From Dudresnaya verticillata (Eukaryota): a stretch of DNA of 64,000 nt. Made by a program: the position numbers and the translations under genes. Of the stretch, positions 13,582-25,475 are shown piece by piece; positions within the stretch are counted from its first letter, which is position 1, and the number at the start of each line of letters is the position of its first letter. The DNA lies in assembly GCA_977862235.1 (NCBI GenBank), contig OZ374557.1, positions 3,100,001-3,164,000 on the forward strand, read 5' to 3'. The notes under the pieces are model-generated. The model searched no databases. It saw nothing but the letters and a program-made list of their open reading frames with translations, and was not told the DNA's origin.

Positions 13582-16500
13582 ATGGACGTATCAGGGCTAC
13601 GAAAAGATGCGGATGACTCTGTCACGCTCGCCATCGCGAAGACTGGCAGGCTTAGTTCGGAAAGGATGGAAGTGCTGCGCAAGAGAAGTGTGCGGGTGAC
13701 TCAGGAGCTACGGGATATCGAGAGAGAAATCGAGAAAGAAACCGAGCGCCTGAATGTCGCGGCCCCACTGGCGGATGTAGCGAAGCCCGCTGCGCGTTCA
13801 TCGTACGCTCAGCTGGCGGACTTAGAAGAGGCCCGCAGACCGCGTTCATCGTACGCTCAGCTGGCGGACTTAGAAGAGGCCCGCAGACCGCGTTCATCGT
13901 ACGCTCAGCTGGCGGACTTAGAAGAGGCCCGCAGACCGCGGCAAGAAGGAAACAGCTTCGGGAACAAGAGGAGAAGGACGGATCTAACGGGTCCCAGCCC
14001 CTCTGTCGGACGCGTTGCAAGTGCCCGCACGCTGTCGGAAGTCCCTGATCAAGTCGCTCCTTCTACGAAGAGTGCAGGTTTTCATGTTCACCACGCGGGG
14101 TCGAGCCACGACCACGCCCAAGACACCGGCCCCGTTGGGGGAATTCCAACCTTAGGTCAGCCAGGTTGGCTGTCGCGTGGGAGGACAAGCGGCCCTACCA
14201 CACGCAGGAAGAAGGCCGTGGAGATGTTTGGAGACTTTCCTGCTTGGACAGGGCTTAACCCCAAGCATAATGAGAAGATTCCTGATGACCCTGCGAATCC
14301 GTCACATCCCGGGCACAGTGATTATCTGAAGGGATTCCTGGACGAGGCTAGGAAACCGCTTCCCAAACTTCCGAATGGCGCGCCCGCTAGGCACAAGCCA
14401 AGGCGCACCCGCTTCAAGCGTAATCCGGCTTCTATCCAGGAAGATTTCTGCGGAAATCTCCAGGAGATGCGCAACGGAGCACTAGGCTACGAAGTTGGTC
14501 ATCAGGGTTTCAATGTTGAAGTGCCGGAGTCCGACAACGAGGACATGGTTTTGGAAGGTGCTGAAGGTGAACAAGGAGACGAAGCTGATCAGGACGAGCA
14601 AAAGGAAGATGAAGGCAGCAATTGTGGTTTAATTTCTGAGACCAGAAAGTGTACGAGTGAGGAACTCGAAACGTTGAAGGTGGAACGGATGAAGAACAAG
14701 TTAGAAGACAGGAAGCTTGATGTTGACTTGTAAATTGTGCACGCCACCATCACCTTCCCGGTTATTGACCCTAGATCGGCCACAGCATCTAACAGGAAGA
14801 TTTGGAGTGTAACTCTTGACGACGACTACTGGCTTGAGCACTTCCTTTCGGTCAACAAGCATTTCATGCTTCCTGAGGCGTCTTAAGCAAAAGATATCTC
14901 TTCGTACAGTGATCATTTGAAGGTGTTCCTGTATCTCGAGCTAAACTTCCTCATCCGCCACGCTCTCGATAACAAATGTCGATTGATTCGAGATACTCTC
15001 GAAGGGAAATGGTCGCAAGAGAAGTTCACGTCTACCCTGGTGGAGAAGGAAGCCACAATGTTTAAGTTTCGTATCAACAAGGCACAGACGTCAAGTCTAC
15101 TCTACAACTTCAAGTGTGCAAGCCAGAATCTCGACCTGAACAAGAAGCTAGTTGACGATGTGGCTGGCATGACTCTGTGCATAGGGTTTATAAGAAACAC
15201 TGCTAAGGTGAATGACCGAAGGCCAGACTCTCCGTTGATGCTATTCCTGTGCCGCAGTCTCTCGTATGACAGTGAGAGCGTGGACGAAATGGGGGTAGAG
15301 AAGCGAATCGACACTGTCAATGGGTGTATGTGTGGAAACCGACGTCAACTCGATAGGTGGCGACCAGATGTGGACGATACGATTTTCTTTGAACCGTTGG
15401 AGTCCTTCGTCGCATTCTATCGCATGTTTAGGGCTGCCCACAACATATGCAGGCCCCGCAGAGACTACTGGAATATCTCCTCGGGGATAGAATACCGCAA
15501 GGTTCCGGATCCAAGCCTGGAACTGGCTCTTCTTCTCGGCGCCCGGCGCTCCGCTCGAGTGTTCTTGACCAGGAGCTGAGTACTGGTGTCGACAGTGGCT
15601 GCCGGGCGTTTTTGGATGGCTTGGGGGAGGCGGAGTGTAACCCTTCTCAGAAGAATGCTGTGAGCATGGTTCTGTGCGAAATGGGGGATATGGGGAGGGG
15701 ATCCTCATCCTTCTGCGAGATCGTTGGTCCTCCTGGAACGGGAAAGACGACTACTATTTCAACTCTCGTGGCTTCCTTACTGCATCATTCTACTGCAGGC
15801 CATCTGTGTGAAGGTGCTGTAGAGCGCAACCGTCTGAAGAAGGAAGATGGTCGGACGCGTTGCAGTAATAACCCCCAAGGGGTGCGTATTTTGGCGTGGT
15901 ACAGTTCCAACCAAGCTGTAGATAACATCTCTCGCAAGCTCAAGATGGGATTCGCGGATGGCAAGGGTAGAAAGGTTATACCCGATGTAGTCAGGGTTGG
16001 TCGTCAGCGCTACAAGTTAGAGGATTTGCTGGACATTTCTCTGAACGAGAAGGCATTGGTATTCGATAGAGAGATCTTCGACAAGGAGAAGGAGGCATCG
16101 GAGCATTTCGAGCCAAGCAACTTCGCGTCTACCAAGGCCAGAAAGGCGATGGCACGCGAATGCATCGTGTTCTTGTCAACGCTTTCAACTGCAGCGAGTG
16201 CTGTCCTGCAGGAGTTGAAGGTACCCATTGATGTCGTTATTGTGGATGAGGGTGCAAATTCAACAGAAGTGGAGTGTCTTATCCCTATCGCTGCTGCCGC
16301 CAAGACCACTAAGAAGGGGACGGGTCGCTTGCATGTCGTCATATGCGGATACCACAAGCAGTTACCCCCTGTGCTGCTGTCGCAGTTTGCTGTTGGGTCC
16401 TTCCTTGCAAGGATGAGGCATTTCAACTACAGTATGCCTTACAAGATGCAAATTAGGTCCCTATTTGAGCGCATGGTAGACCGTTATCGTTGTCCGGTAG

Positions 16501-17309
16501 CATGGCTTTGTCGGCAATACCGTACACATCCTGCGATTGCCAGAATCCAAAGCCGAATGGTTTATGGTGACCTCATTCTTCACCCGTCTTCGGTTGACCG
16601 GTACGAATATCCCTACAATTCTGGTCGCTATGGCTTTTCTCCATTCACGTTCATGGATACGTCCAAGAGTTTGGACCGATTCGAGTTGTCTGCTGGAGGT
16701 GGTAAGTTCACGAATAACTTCGAGGTCAGGCAAATTAATCGGGTTCTATGGAGATTGAAGAACATCATGTCTAGTTCTAGGGATTCTGGTGGGCCAGATT
16801 ATGAGGAGCTGTGCAGCGAGATCATTTTCACCGCACCGTATCGCTCACAAGTTCAGAATATCAGGGATCATCTATACTATGGCGACGGTTTTCTTTCCGA
16901 CAAGAGGGTGAGGAAGGATTTCGATGTGCTCATCGACTCTGTTGATGCACTCCAAGGTCTTGAGCGCAGCATCGTCATCATATCTTTGACTAGAAGTAAT
17001 TCTGGCAGAAGTATCGGGTTTCTAAAAGACTTCCGCCGTATCAACGTCGCAACAAGTCGGGCAAAGAAGCTGCTGATTTTGGTAGGCGATACCACTACAC
17101 TCTGTGGGAAGAGTCGCATGTTGCATGGGTTCTGGGATGCCTGCCTGCAAAAGGCGAATGGGACTGGCATCGAATTCGTTGTTCCTGATCGCGGAAGACG
17201 GGACGTGCGCCGCTGCAAAGATATTGAGGACATGCAGCGCCCAATGCGAACCCGCGGCGGATACAGCTTGCGTTCTCAAGAGAATCAGTTCAATGGACAA
17301 GGGTCATGA
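13582..17309 (+). pseudogene. Upf1/Sen1/DNA2-like SF1 helicase with long N-terminal extension, disrupted
   Basis: GPPGTGKT, VIVDE, G-x-HKQLPP, SLFER, QYRTHP, APYRSQV, SVDALQGLE and RINVATSRAK. ORFs 13492-14733 and 14917-15579 share one frame interrupted by two TAA codons (14731, 14884), followed by a frameshift into 15447-17309. Confidence 0.85.
13793..13940 (+). repeat. Perfect 48-bp coding tandem repeat x3 (RSSYAQLADLEEARRP)
   Basis: Units start at 13793, 13841 and 13889. Confidence 0.95.
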
Positions 17310-18655
17310 GATTCGCAATTGTGTGGAACCTTATTTGCAGCGGTCCTAGTCTATGTGAAAGCATCTCGACATGGATGCAAGCGTAGGCATGCGTGCTTCT
17401 GTCAATTCAATAAACTTGTGGTTGTTATACATAGCTCCCTTCCGATATAGAGTCCGTATTTCAAGCGTTTCCATATGCATATGCCTAGCATACATCGCAC
17501 TAGACATGGAAACAGACTTCTTCAGCAGCTGCTAATGCGGGCATGCTGCTGCGCGCACGCATTACTGAAGATGTACGTTTCCATGTCCTTGGACCTGTTC
17601 TGTAGTTACCAATAAACTAAGTGTCTTCCCGCTTTTTGTAAAGAGAAATCCACAGACACACCTTCTCGTAGAAATGGTTTCACAGGTTCATTTGTCTGTA
17701 GAATGCTTTTAGTAGGCGTACGTGCCAATTAACTACTATTAACAGGCACATGTGGCTATAAAACGCCATTCAGGTGATTTGCAGTTGGTGAAAATCTAAC
17801 TTAACAATTGTTAACATTGATTACCATCCCGCGCAATGAAACCTCCACGACGACTACCTCTGGTCCTGAGGTAAAGAACGTCAAAATCAGATTCCGCCAA
17901 TTTTTGTGCCCGTAAAAGAACTTTCACAGCCCAAACGGCCTTAGAAATTAATAAACAGTCTAATAGTCCCAGAAATGTATTTCACAGATATTTGACTTCA
18001 GTAGATTGAAAAATATGGACTGCCATGGATCCTAGAAAAGATAATGCCTTCGGAGAAAATGATAATATTTTCAAATTCTAGATTTTCGATTGTTTCAGAC
18101 TGAATGGCCACCGTTGAGTACACTCATTCCATGGAATCAACGCCGGCCCACACCCATCTGGGCCATTTCACCTCAAACGCAATAGCCTCAAATCTTCGCG
18201 GTTGGTCGTCCAGTACACGCGTTCTGGCAACTTCCCGCAATCCCCCACACCTGCCCTTGGGTGTGCACTCTCCCTGTGCTCTCCCTATTCGAACAGGCTC
18301 GATCAAGAGATACGTCGTGATATCTGCGAAGGTTTTCCTTGATCTACCTCCGCGCGCGCGACGACGAGCGCGACCTGCCGAGCGATCGCTCGAGCGTGTC
18401 CTTCGGGTGACACACCCGGGTGTCTACCTGTCAATCGTACCTGTGAGCACCTGCGTCTAACGACGCGCTGAGTTTAACCTCCTTGCGGTTCTGCACTCTT
18501 TCGCGAGCGAAGCGCCTTTATTCTCCTGCGCTTCTCAGCGCGCGTTGCGTGCGAGCGGCAATCAACCCCGGAACTGTATGTCTCGCGCAAGCTGGTGGCA
18601 ATCACGCCTGGATATCTTTCCAATTCCACATCGTTTTGCAAGGGGGTATTGAGAT

Positions 18656-20419
18656 ATGGTGTCAAGCAAGAAGGTCAGGTTCGGAGAGGATACGGGTAAC
18701 TCAGGTGTATCTGGTGATACTGCGACCAGAACGTCCAAGGGAAAAAAGACTATTGCGAAGACAAGGGGTTCGTACAAGCGTCGTCCAGCAGGAGAGGAAA
18801 GCAAGCTCAATATTCAGAAGCTTGTCCAAGACACAACACGAAGAGAAATGTTGAAGAGGAGAATCGCCGAGGTCATTAACATTTCATTTGCCTCCTGGTG
18901 CAAATTTGATGGCGATAGCTGCTTTGACTCCGGTCTTGACCGATTGCATACGTTACTGATTGCTTCGTCGCTAACGAAAACTATGAGGAAGCATTTTCGA
19001 AACAACGAAGCGCGTCGAAAGGCTCTCCTATTCGTGGCCAACGTTTTGAAGAAGCAAGATGTGGACACCGAAAGCGGTACTAACAAAGACTTGAAGCGTA
19101 TCTACAGGCGTAATCAGACGTCCTTGTGCAATACCGCAGCGGAAGACTTATCCTCTGTGTTGTCTCTACGATGGGAGGCTGGTACAGAAGACAAAAAGAA
19201 AATCGAAAGTCGTGGTAAGGGAGGGAGGAAGGGGAAGGTGCTTAGGGTGGATGAGAAATTGGACAAGCTGCACGAGATTCCTAGATCATTTCTCCGGAAC
19301 GTACTCGCAAGAGATGGTCGAGATACAGGAGCCGTATATGGCCGCTTCACGCCGTCGATGCTGCTTTCAACTGCAATTGCATATGCTCTTGAAGTTAAGT
19401 CTGGGAAAGCATCAAGTGGGCAGCAACAATTTCTATTCAGAGTACACAGAGTATATGCCTCATGGCAAAGGATGTTTATTGACTCGACCTTAATTGTGAG
19501 AGAGTCTGACCGCAGCATTGTCCTTGGTGACGATGAGAACTACACGGTGCTGAATCGAGCCCTTATGGTTTCTTCCCTATTCAAGTGCCTATTCAACCAC
19601 CTGTACACAGCACGTGATTCAGAAAGAGACCGCAAGCTTGCCTTCAAATCGGTACATGACAGTTCGCATTCATCGCTGGGGACCGCGATTACCGAAATGG
19701 ATACTTGTCTGCAGAAAGTACGTCAGCTTGACACTGTGGATTTGGATTTCAGTCTTCTTGGAGTTTTAAGTGGAGTCCTTGTGTCCACACAGAAGATGAA
19801 TCCCAGTGAAGCTGAAAACAACCCTTTCCGTAGAGGTAGACCTATGTTTGGAGACATTTGGAAGTCTGCTGAGAGACTTCGAACTTCAGGCGCGGGTGTT
19901 TCGGAAGCTGGTTTGTCCCCTTCTGCCTCAAGAGAAGAAATTGGAGCTCGTATTCAGTCTTCTTTGTTGTCTTCGTTGCGAGAAGAATGTGATGATAGAG
20001 ATATTCCCATCTCTCAACGGGCCGTTAGCAAGATTGGGCGCATTGTGGTGGATAAAGAGCGATTTAGGGCGTATGGAGATGTCAAGATTGCTCTGTGCGA
20101 TACTTTTTCCTTTCTAAAGGAGGCAATGTCCATAGCCCAGGAGCTGCTCGTTCATTGTCATGAAGCACTGGATGCAGTGGATTTATCTATTGAAGATTGG
20201 GATAGAGTGACTGGGAGGGAAAAGACTGATCTATGGGTAGCAATCACCATTCGATTGTTGTCCTTGGGCATCATCCTTCCTCGGTTCCGCTACACTATTT
20301 CCAGTGTATATGAAGAGACAGTTGCTGCTTTCTACCTCAACAGACTTGACGCGGAAACTGGGGAACGAGTTGCGAGAGCCCCTTTGCGCGTCGGAAGAGT
20401 CAGAACCAGTACGTCATAA
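18656..20419 (+). CDS. Hypothetical 587-aa protein with basic N-terminus (element A cargo)
   Basis: Long uninterrupted ATG ORF, preceded by the shared motif at 18555. No family recognised. Confidence 0.7.
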   Translation: MVSSKKVRFGEDTGNSGVSGDTATRTSKGKKTIAKTRGSYKRRPAGEESKLNIQKLVQDTTRREMLKRRIAEVINISFASWCKFDGDSCFDSGLDRLHTLLIASSLTKTMRKHFRNNEARRKALLFVANVLKKQDVDTESGTNKDLKRIYRRNQTSLCNTAAEDLSSVLSLRWEAGTEDKKKIESRGKGGRKGKVLRVDEKLDKLHEIPRSFLRNVLARDGRDTGAVYGRFTPSMLLSTAIAYALEVKSGKASSGQQQFLFRVHRVYASWQRMFIDSTLIVRESDRSIVLGDDENYTVLNRALMVSSLFKCLFNHLYTARDSERDRKLAFKSVHDSSHSSLGTAITEMDTCLQKVRQLDTVDLDFSLLGVLSGVLVSTQKMNPSEAENNPFRRGRPMFGDIWKSAERLRTSGAGVSEAGLSPSASREEIGARIQSSLLSSLREECDDRDIPISQRAVSKIGRIVVDKERFRAYGDVKIALCDTFSFLKEAMSIAQELLVHCHEALDAVDLSIEDWDRVTGREKTDLWVAITIRLLSLGIILPRFRYTISSVYEETVAAFYLNRLDAETGERVARAPLRVGRVRTSTS

Positions 20420-21578
20420 ACATTGTACTATAGACATATATGTGCGATCGAGCTCGGCACAACATAAAGATATCTCAACATATGTTAACTTGTTCATATA
20501 AAACTCTCTAGCGGTTGGCATTTCTGTGTTGTTGTTTTCGAATACATCATGATGCAGCGTAACACATGTCTTGCGGAGGTCCTCGCTTGTGTCACCCTTC
20601 GTGCAATCGCGCGATATTGCATGTGTCTATCTGGACATGGAGGCAGAGCGCGATGCAGGCGCCTGCATGCTTAAGCAATTGACGACATGAAATCTCTATG
20701 CTTGCCTGTGAAACCTGATTCCCAGACGCCAGGAACGAGAAGTGCATTTCACCGCCATTTGGCTTGTGAAAGTATACATAATGCCATCTATGTCTCAAAA
20801 GATATAGTTCACAGGCGTACAGGCCATGAAGTTGATTTTATAATGTCATTGCGCCCTCAATATTGCTTCTGGTGTACAGGGGCCCAGACACTGCTTTCCT
20901 GAGCTCGGCTACAATTACATCGACATGAATTGAAATGAAACCTGTAATTTACTGAATTTCAGAAAATCAGAAAACCCTACAATCAGCGAGCGACCACGAC
21001 AGCCGAGCCGGGGATTTTCGGAATTTTTGCTCACAATTACCGGACGCGCGCTCATGGCCCAGTTCAGCCCGCCCTGAACAACCAGCGCAGTGCAGTGAGG
21101 GCCCCTCCCACCTCCCCCCTCCTCATCCATCCAAAAAGAGGTCCACAAGGCTGTACGGTGGACTTCAGCCGCTTGGGGCATCCTAAAACCTGTGGATTCC
21201 GTGCGTTGGCGTGGAGGAACTCTGAAACCAGAACATGTACGTCACACGGACTCCAAAATTCTCTTCGGGTCCCATTTGCGTTTGCGCTTTCGTTGACTCT
21301 AACTCTTTGTCCTTCCTCGTGTGTTCGTATTGTGTTGTTTACCCTTCCTCTCGAACTAACTCTCTATCTTTCGTAGTTGTGTCTGCGGCAACTACGGCTC
21401 CACGGGCGATCTTCCCCTGCTGCGTATCTCTTCGAAACCCTATCTTGCGGTGGCGTGCGAGGCGTGCGCAAGCGGCAAACACTCCCGGAAATTCTTGTTG
21501 TTCTTGTTGTTGAATGCGTGTGTCTCGCGCACATAAACAGCCGTTAATATACAGCTACAAGGTTGCCAGGGGTTAAGT

Positions 21579-24173
21579 ATGGTTGACTCTAGTGAAGCTA
21601 GAGAGGATTCATCTATCGGTGCCGCTTCAGAACCCAACTCCGCCGATGGGTCTGATATTGGCGAAGAGAATGGGCAAGAAGTGAACAAATGTCTAGCACT
21701 CCATGAGATGGAGGCAGAGGCCTGCAGGCGTTTCTATAGCGGATCTTTGCATGCAGATAGCCTGGGTGACCTTATTGTTCAGCATGCAAGGGTATACGAC
21801 AATAGTGCTAAGGTTCTAACTGTCGATGCGTTCGAGGAGTATGCCGCACACACCCCATGCTGGGGTCCTGTTCCTGACGCATTTCTGAGCGTGTTTGGCA
21901 CTAGGGTGATGCCCGATATGCCATCAGAGCCTGGGATCATGAGCATGTCTCAGAGGAACGGAATGAAGGATTCTCCAGAACGTTCAGCGAAAGCCGTACC
22001 GACTGTTGAAAGACGAAAAAAAGGGGAAAGGAAGAGGCGGAATACGGACAATTCTGCTCTTCGCGTTTCTTCGCCAGAGCCGGCATCAAAAAGACCGAGA
22101 AGCACAAAACCGGCGAAGAGGAAGAAGACGGAAGGACGCTGTACTGCTGAATTGGATTTATCCGACCACGTTTCTATCGAGACTGAGAAGCCCAGTCGAC
22201 CCAAAGAAGACATTCCTTGTACGGATATGGTATCTGTGGAGAAGGCTGCAAACAAGGATGCTAAGAAACCTGTCCCCAAGAACGCAGAGAAAACATCTGG
22301 AAAGACTAAAAGCAAGTCGGGAGAAGCAAAGGGAGTGAATATTCAGGCAGGCAACGGGAAGGGACCCAAAGCTAACTTGACCAGTGGCAAAGCTGGCAAG
22401 ACTGTGCCCAGTAGAAGTGCAAAGCATGCTGGAAAGGGTGTTAAGAACCTTGCCGGTCCATCATCGCTATCAGCTGATGCTCCTAGCGTGGACGGGACGG
22501 ATGATAACACTGATATTGATGTGCCCAAGGACAGCAATAAGGCTATATCGAAGATAAAGGCAGCTGTCGATTACGGCAAGAATGCAGAGAAATCAGTAGC
22601 GGAGAAGTCTGCCGTTGTCGACTCCAGCAAGGATGAAGGGACGGGAGGAGCGGCTAAGTCTACTGCTATCAGCACTGTCAAGGGTTCGACTAAATTTGGA
22701 GCAAACAAGTCTTCATCTCTAGATATCGTCAGGGGGGATAATAAGAATGTCAGTACGGGCAAGCTTGCTGTCGTCGTTGCCGAGAAGGGAGAAAGTCCAG
22801 TTGGGTGTACAGATGTTGAAAAGTCTGAAGCTATGAAATCCAGCGCCAGGGAGGATGGGAAGGGCAGTAAAGAGGCTGAAGCTGACAAAGCTGACAAGGC
22901 TAAGGAGTTAAGTACTGGGAAGGTGGGCAAGAAAGCCGATGCGGTCAAGACTAAAGTCCCAAAAGTTGCTGATACTTGCCAGGAGAATATGGAAGCGAAG
23001 AATGTGCCTGAGACCTCAGGGCAGAAGAAACAGAGGAATGAAGATGGAGAACACGAGAAGGGCAGTAAAGAAGGTGTAGCCCTGGAGACAGATACAAGAA
23101 CTGAGTCTGCTGAAGTCGTCATGGTTAGCCGTTTGGTCAACGAGAAGAAGGGAAAAGGATCACTTGTTGCTACGAAGATCCCCTGTACGACGAAGTATAG
23201 AGTTCAGGGTTGGCCTGAAGGAGAAGTTAGTATTAAGACGGCTGATGCCGTAACGCTCACAGAGCAAGCACTTGGTCCTTTTTTTAGCTTCCCTACTGCA
23301 AAATGCAACGATTCGTCCTTGCATCTAGCAGGCCAATGCTTGGAGAGAGTACGTGGGATTTTTCCATTTCATGAAGGAAGAGCCGACGTCGCGTTCATCA
23401 CAGATACTTTACTTACCAAGGGCTTTTCAGACGAATTGAAGGCCGGGGTAGGGAAAGAGGAATTGTCTCTCCGTCTAACCCGCTACATGACAAAAGGGAG
23501 CATACCTCTTCTCATGGTTCAGGAATGGATATTTGTTATTGTCTATCGGGAGTCTGGAAAGCACGAGATGGTGGCATTGCGTAAATCTTCCATCGTTCTC
23601 AGCTTCGTAGTAGACGAGCTTTTAGAAGAACACCCGTTTCCAGAAGGGTTTAACCTTGCGGATAAGCTCAAAATGAAGCAGCCTTTACTCTTCATTTTCG
23701 ATAGCCTTGACGAGCTACATCAGGGAGAGGTCTTCAACACGGTGATGTTGCTTCTGGAGTTGTTATTGAGGCATGCATACCGGAAGCGTCTCCAACAGTT
23801 CAAGGACAAGGAAGAGCGCGACCCTCCCAGCGTTACCAAGGCTATGAAAGCTTTGAGACAGTTTTACATCGAGCTTGGTGCCATAATAACTGGGCCATTG
23901 CAGATGGATAGCACTACTTGCGGATTCTATGCGCTCGCCCATGTCGTCAATGGAATGAAGAAAGGATATATGGATCGCATAAGTAATGTATGCTTAGAAA
24001 GAAGGCAGTACCCAAACTATAAAGACTTGAAGGGACGAAAGAGGGCCTGGAAGATGTACCGCTTCAACCAGAAGGGGTTGTTTACGTTTGACTTTATTTC
24101 GATGATGGTTTCGAGGTTTCGCAGCTACGCTAAGGAAGCAATCTACAAATTCGACAAGAAGATTGTAGACTAG
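21579..24173 (+). CDS. Lys/Ser-rich protein with C-terminal Ulp1/C48-like cysteine peptidase
   Basis: Intact 864-aa ORF. His (GKHEM), 'LFIFDSL' and 'GPLQMDSTTCGFYAL' match the H..D..Q-x5-C order of Ulp1/SENP peptidases. Confidence 0.78.
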   Translation: MVDSSEAREDSSIGAASEPNSADGSDIGEENGQEVNKCLALHEMEAEACRRFYSGSLHADSLGDLIVQHARVYDNSAKVLTVDAFEEYAAHTPCWGPVPDAFLSVFGTRVMPDMPSEPGIMSMSQRNGMKDSPERSAKAVPTVERRKKGERKRRNTDNSALRVSSPEPASKRPRSTKPAKRKKTEGRCTAELDLSDHVSIETEKPSRPKEDIPCTDMVSVEKAANKDAKKPVPKNAEKTSGKTKSKSGEAKGVNIQAGNGKGPKANLTSGKAGKTVPSRSAKHAGKGVKNLAGPSSLSADAPSVDGTDDNTDIDVPKDSNKAISKIKAAVDYGKNAEKSVAEKSAVVDSSKDEGTGGAAKSTAISTVKGSTKFGANKSSSLDIVRGDNKNVSTGKLAVVVAEKGESPVGCTDVEKSEAMKSSAREDGKGSKEAEADKADKAKELSTGKVGKKADAVKTKVPKVADTCQENMEAKNVPETSGQKKQRNEDGEHEKGSKEGVALETDTRTESAEVVMVSRLVNEKKGKGSLVATKIPCTTKYRVQGWPEGEVSIKTADAVTLTEQALGPFFSFPTAKCNDSSLHLAGQCLERVRGIFPFHEGRADVAFITDTLLTKGFSDELKAGVGKEELSLRLTRYMTKGSIPLLMVQEWIFVIVYRESGKHEMVALRKSSIVLSFVVDELLEEHPFPEGFNLADKLKMKQPLLFIFDSLDELHQGEVFNTVMLLLELLLRHAYRKRLQQFKDKEERDPPSVTKAMKALRQFYIELGAIITGPLQMDSTTCGFYALAHVVNGMKKGYMDRISNVCLERRQYPNYKDLKGRKRAWKMYRFNQKGLFTFDFISMMVSRFRSYAKEAIYKFDKKIVD

Positions 24174-24334
24174 TTGCTATTACTAAACAAAACCACCTCT
24201 GTTAACTTCCACTTTAAAGATTCTTAGCATAATGTGCTAACTGTGCAGTACAACATCGTCTTCCATAGGAATAATATAGACTAGAAAGATGTAATTGTGC
24301 AACGAACAGCTACAAACGGGAAATAAACGAACCA

Positions 24335-25475
24335 AGGGCTGTGAAAGCAATTTCTACGACATGCGAAGCTGTTAAAGATACTTCTAGGGCGACAGTGCCT
24401 GTGAAATCTGTTTGCAACATTCCGTTGCCTGTGAAATGTATTCCGCGGGGAAAATATCTGGACCTTGAATTATAATTAAAGAACAGCACGGCATGTGCAG
24501 CACATTTCTCAGTCTGGATGACCTTGAAAATCCATTTTACGTACCTCATATCTAGAAACAATGTTTCATGGGCTCCAGGCCTCATAAATAACATTTTCAG
24601 AACTGCAGATAGATCAAAGGCTGATTCTGTGGTATCAGATATAAAACCATGAAACTATCATCTGCAGTGAATAAATGTGATTTACGCCGTATCATATGTA
24701 TGGAAAACCCCTTTCACAGACAGAATTGCCTTTGAAATGAATTGCACAGGCTAAAGGTCTGTGAAAGGCATTTAACAGGCCAAAGTGTCTCTTAAATGAA
24801 TTTAAGAGGCCTAAGTGTCTGTGAAATGAATTTACAAGACCCTCTGGGAAGTCTTGGCAGGACGTGCCAGGATGAGCCTGTAAAATCTCTATTTGCATGA
24901 CTGTTGCTGGGGAATGTATGCTTTTGATACATATTGTCTGCCAACGGCGTTTCTGGGTCGTTATTGCCTGCAAAACTTAGTTCACAGACAAAATGTCTGT
25001 AACATACGATATAGTGGTAAAATGTACGTGAAATAGACTTCAAGAGCGAGGAAATGCGAAAAAGGCGACCCATGCGACCAATGACAAGGGGGTACAGAAC
25101 CGACAGGAGGTATACAGCTGTCGAAAGTAATGGATACAAAACACGTTTAACGGACTGTTTGTCTCTAGATTAAATTTTACAGTCATAAAATCTGTAAATA
25201 TATCGATTACGGTCGTTATGGCTGTGAAGTGCTTTTTACTGGTCCTATGTCGCCAATGTGATGTTCTCTTTCGCATTGCTCACGGCCATATAGCGGTGGC
25301 ATAGTATGAAGTTTCATCGGTAGCAAACTTTCGAAATGGGTCTTTGTGGCAAAATGGACTGTGAAAGTATATTCAAGGGAAACAGGGCTGTGAAATGAAA
25401 TTCAGGGACGTCCTACCCAGCCTTTGAAAACATTTTCGAGAACGGAATGGCTGAGAAAGTAATTTTACAGGCGAC
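24335..25475. repeat. Dense cluster of CTGTGAAA/TTTCACAG palindromic units (possible subterminal region of element A)
   Basis: Units at about 24339, 24398, 24428, 24700-24840 (30-bp period), 24967, 25358, 25388 and 25451. Confidence 0.65.

Larger units (their letters stand above)
1279..25475. mobile_element. Giant multi-gene KDZ-type DNA transposon, element A (decayed; ends approximate)
   Basis: Cluster of KDZ transposase, PIF1, Ulp1, SF1 helicase and two unknown ORFs. A shared upstream motif and CTGTGAAA/TTTCACAG arrays occur throughout. The same core gene set recurs at 33-64 kb. TIRs and TSD were not identified. Confidence 0.65.
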
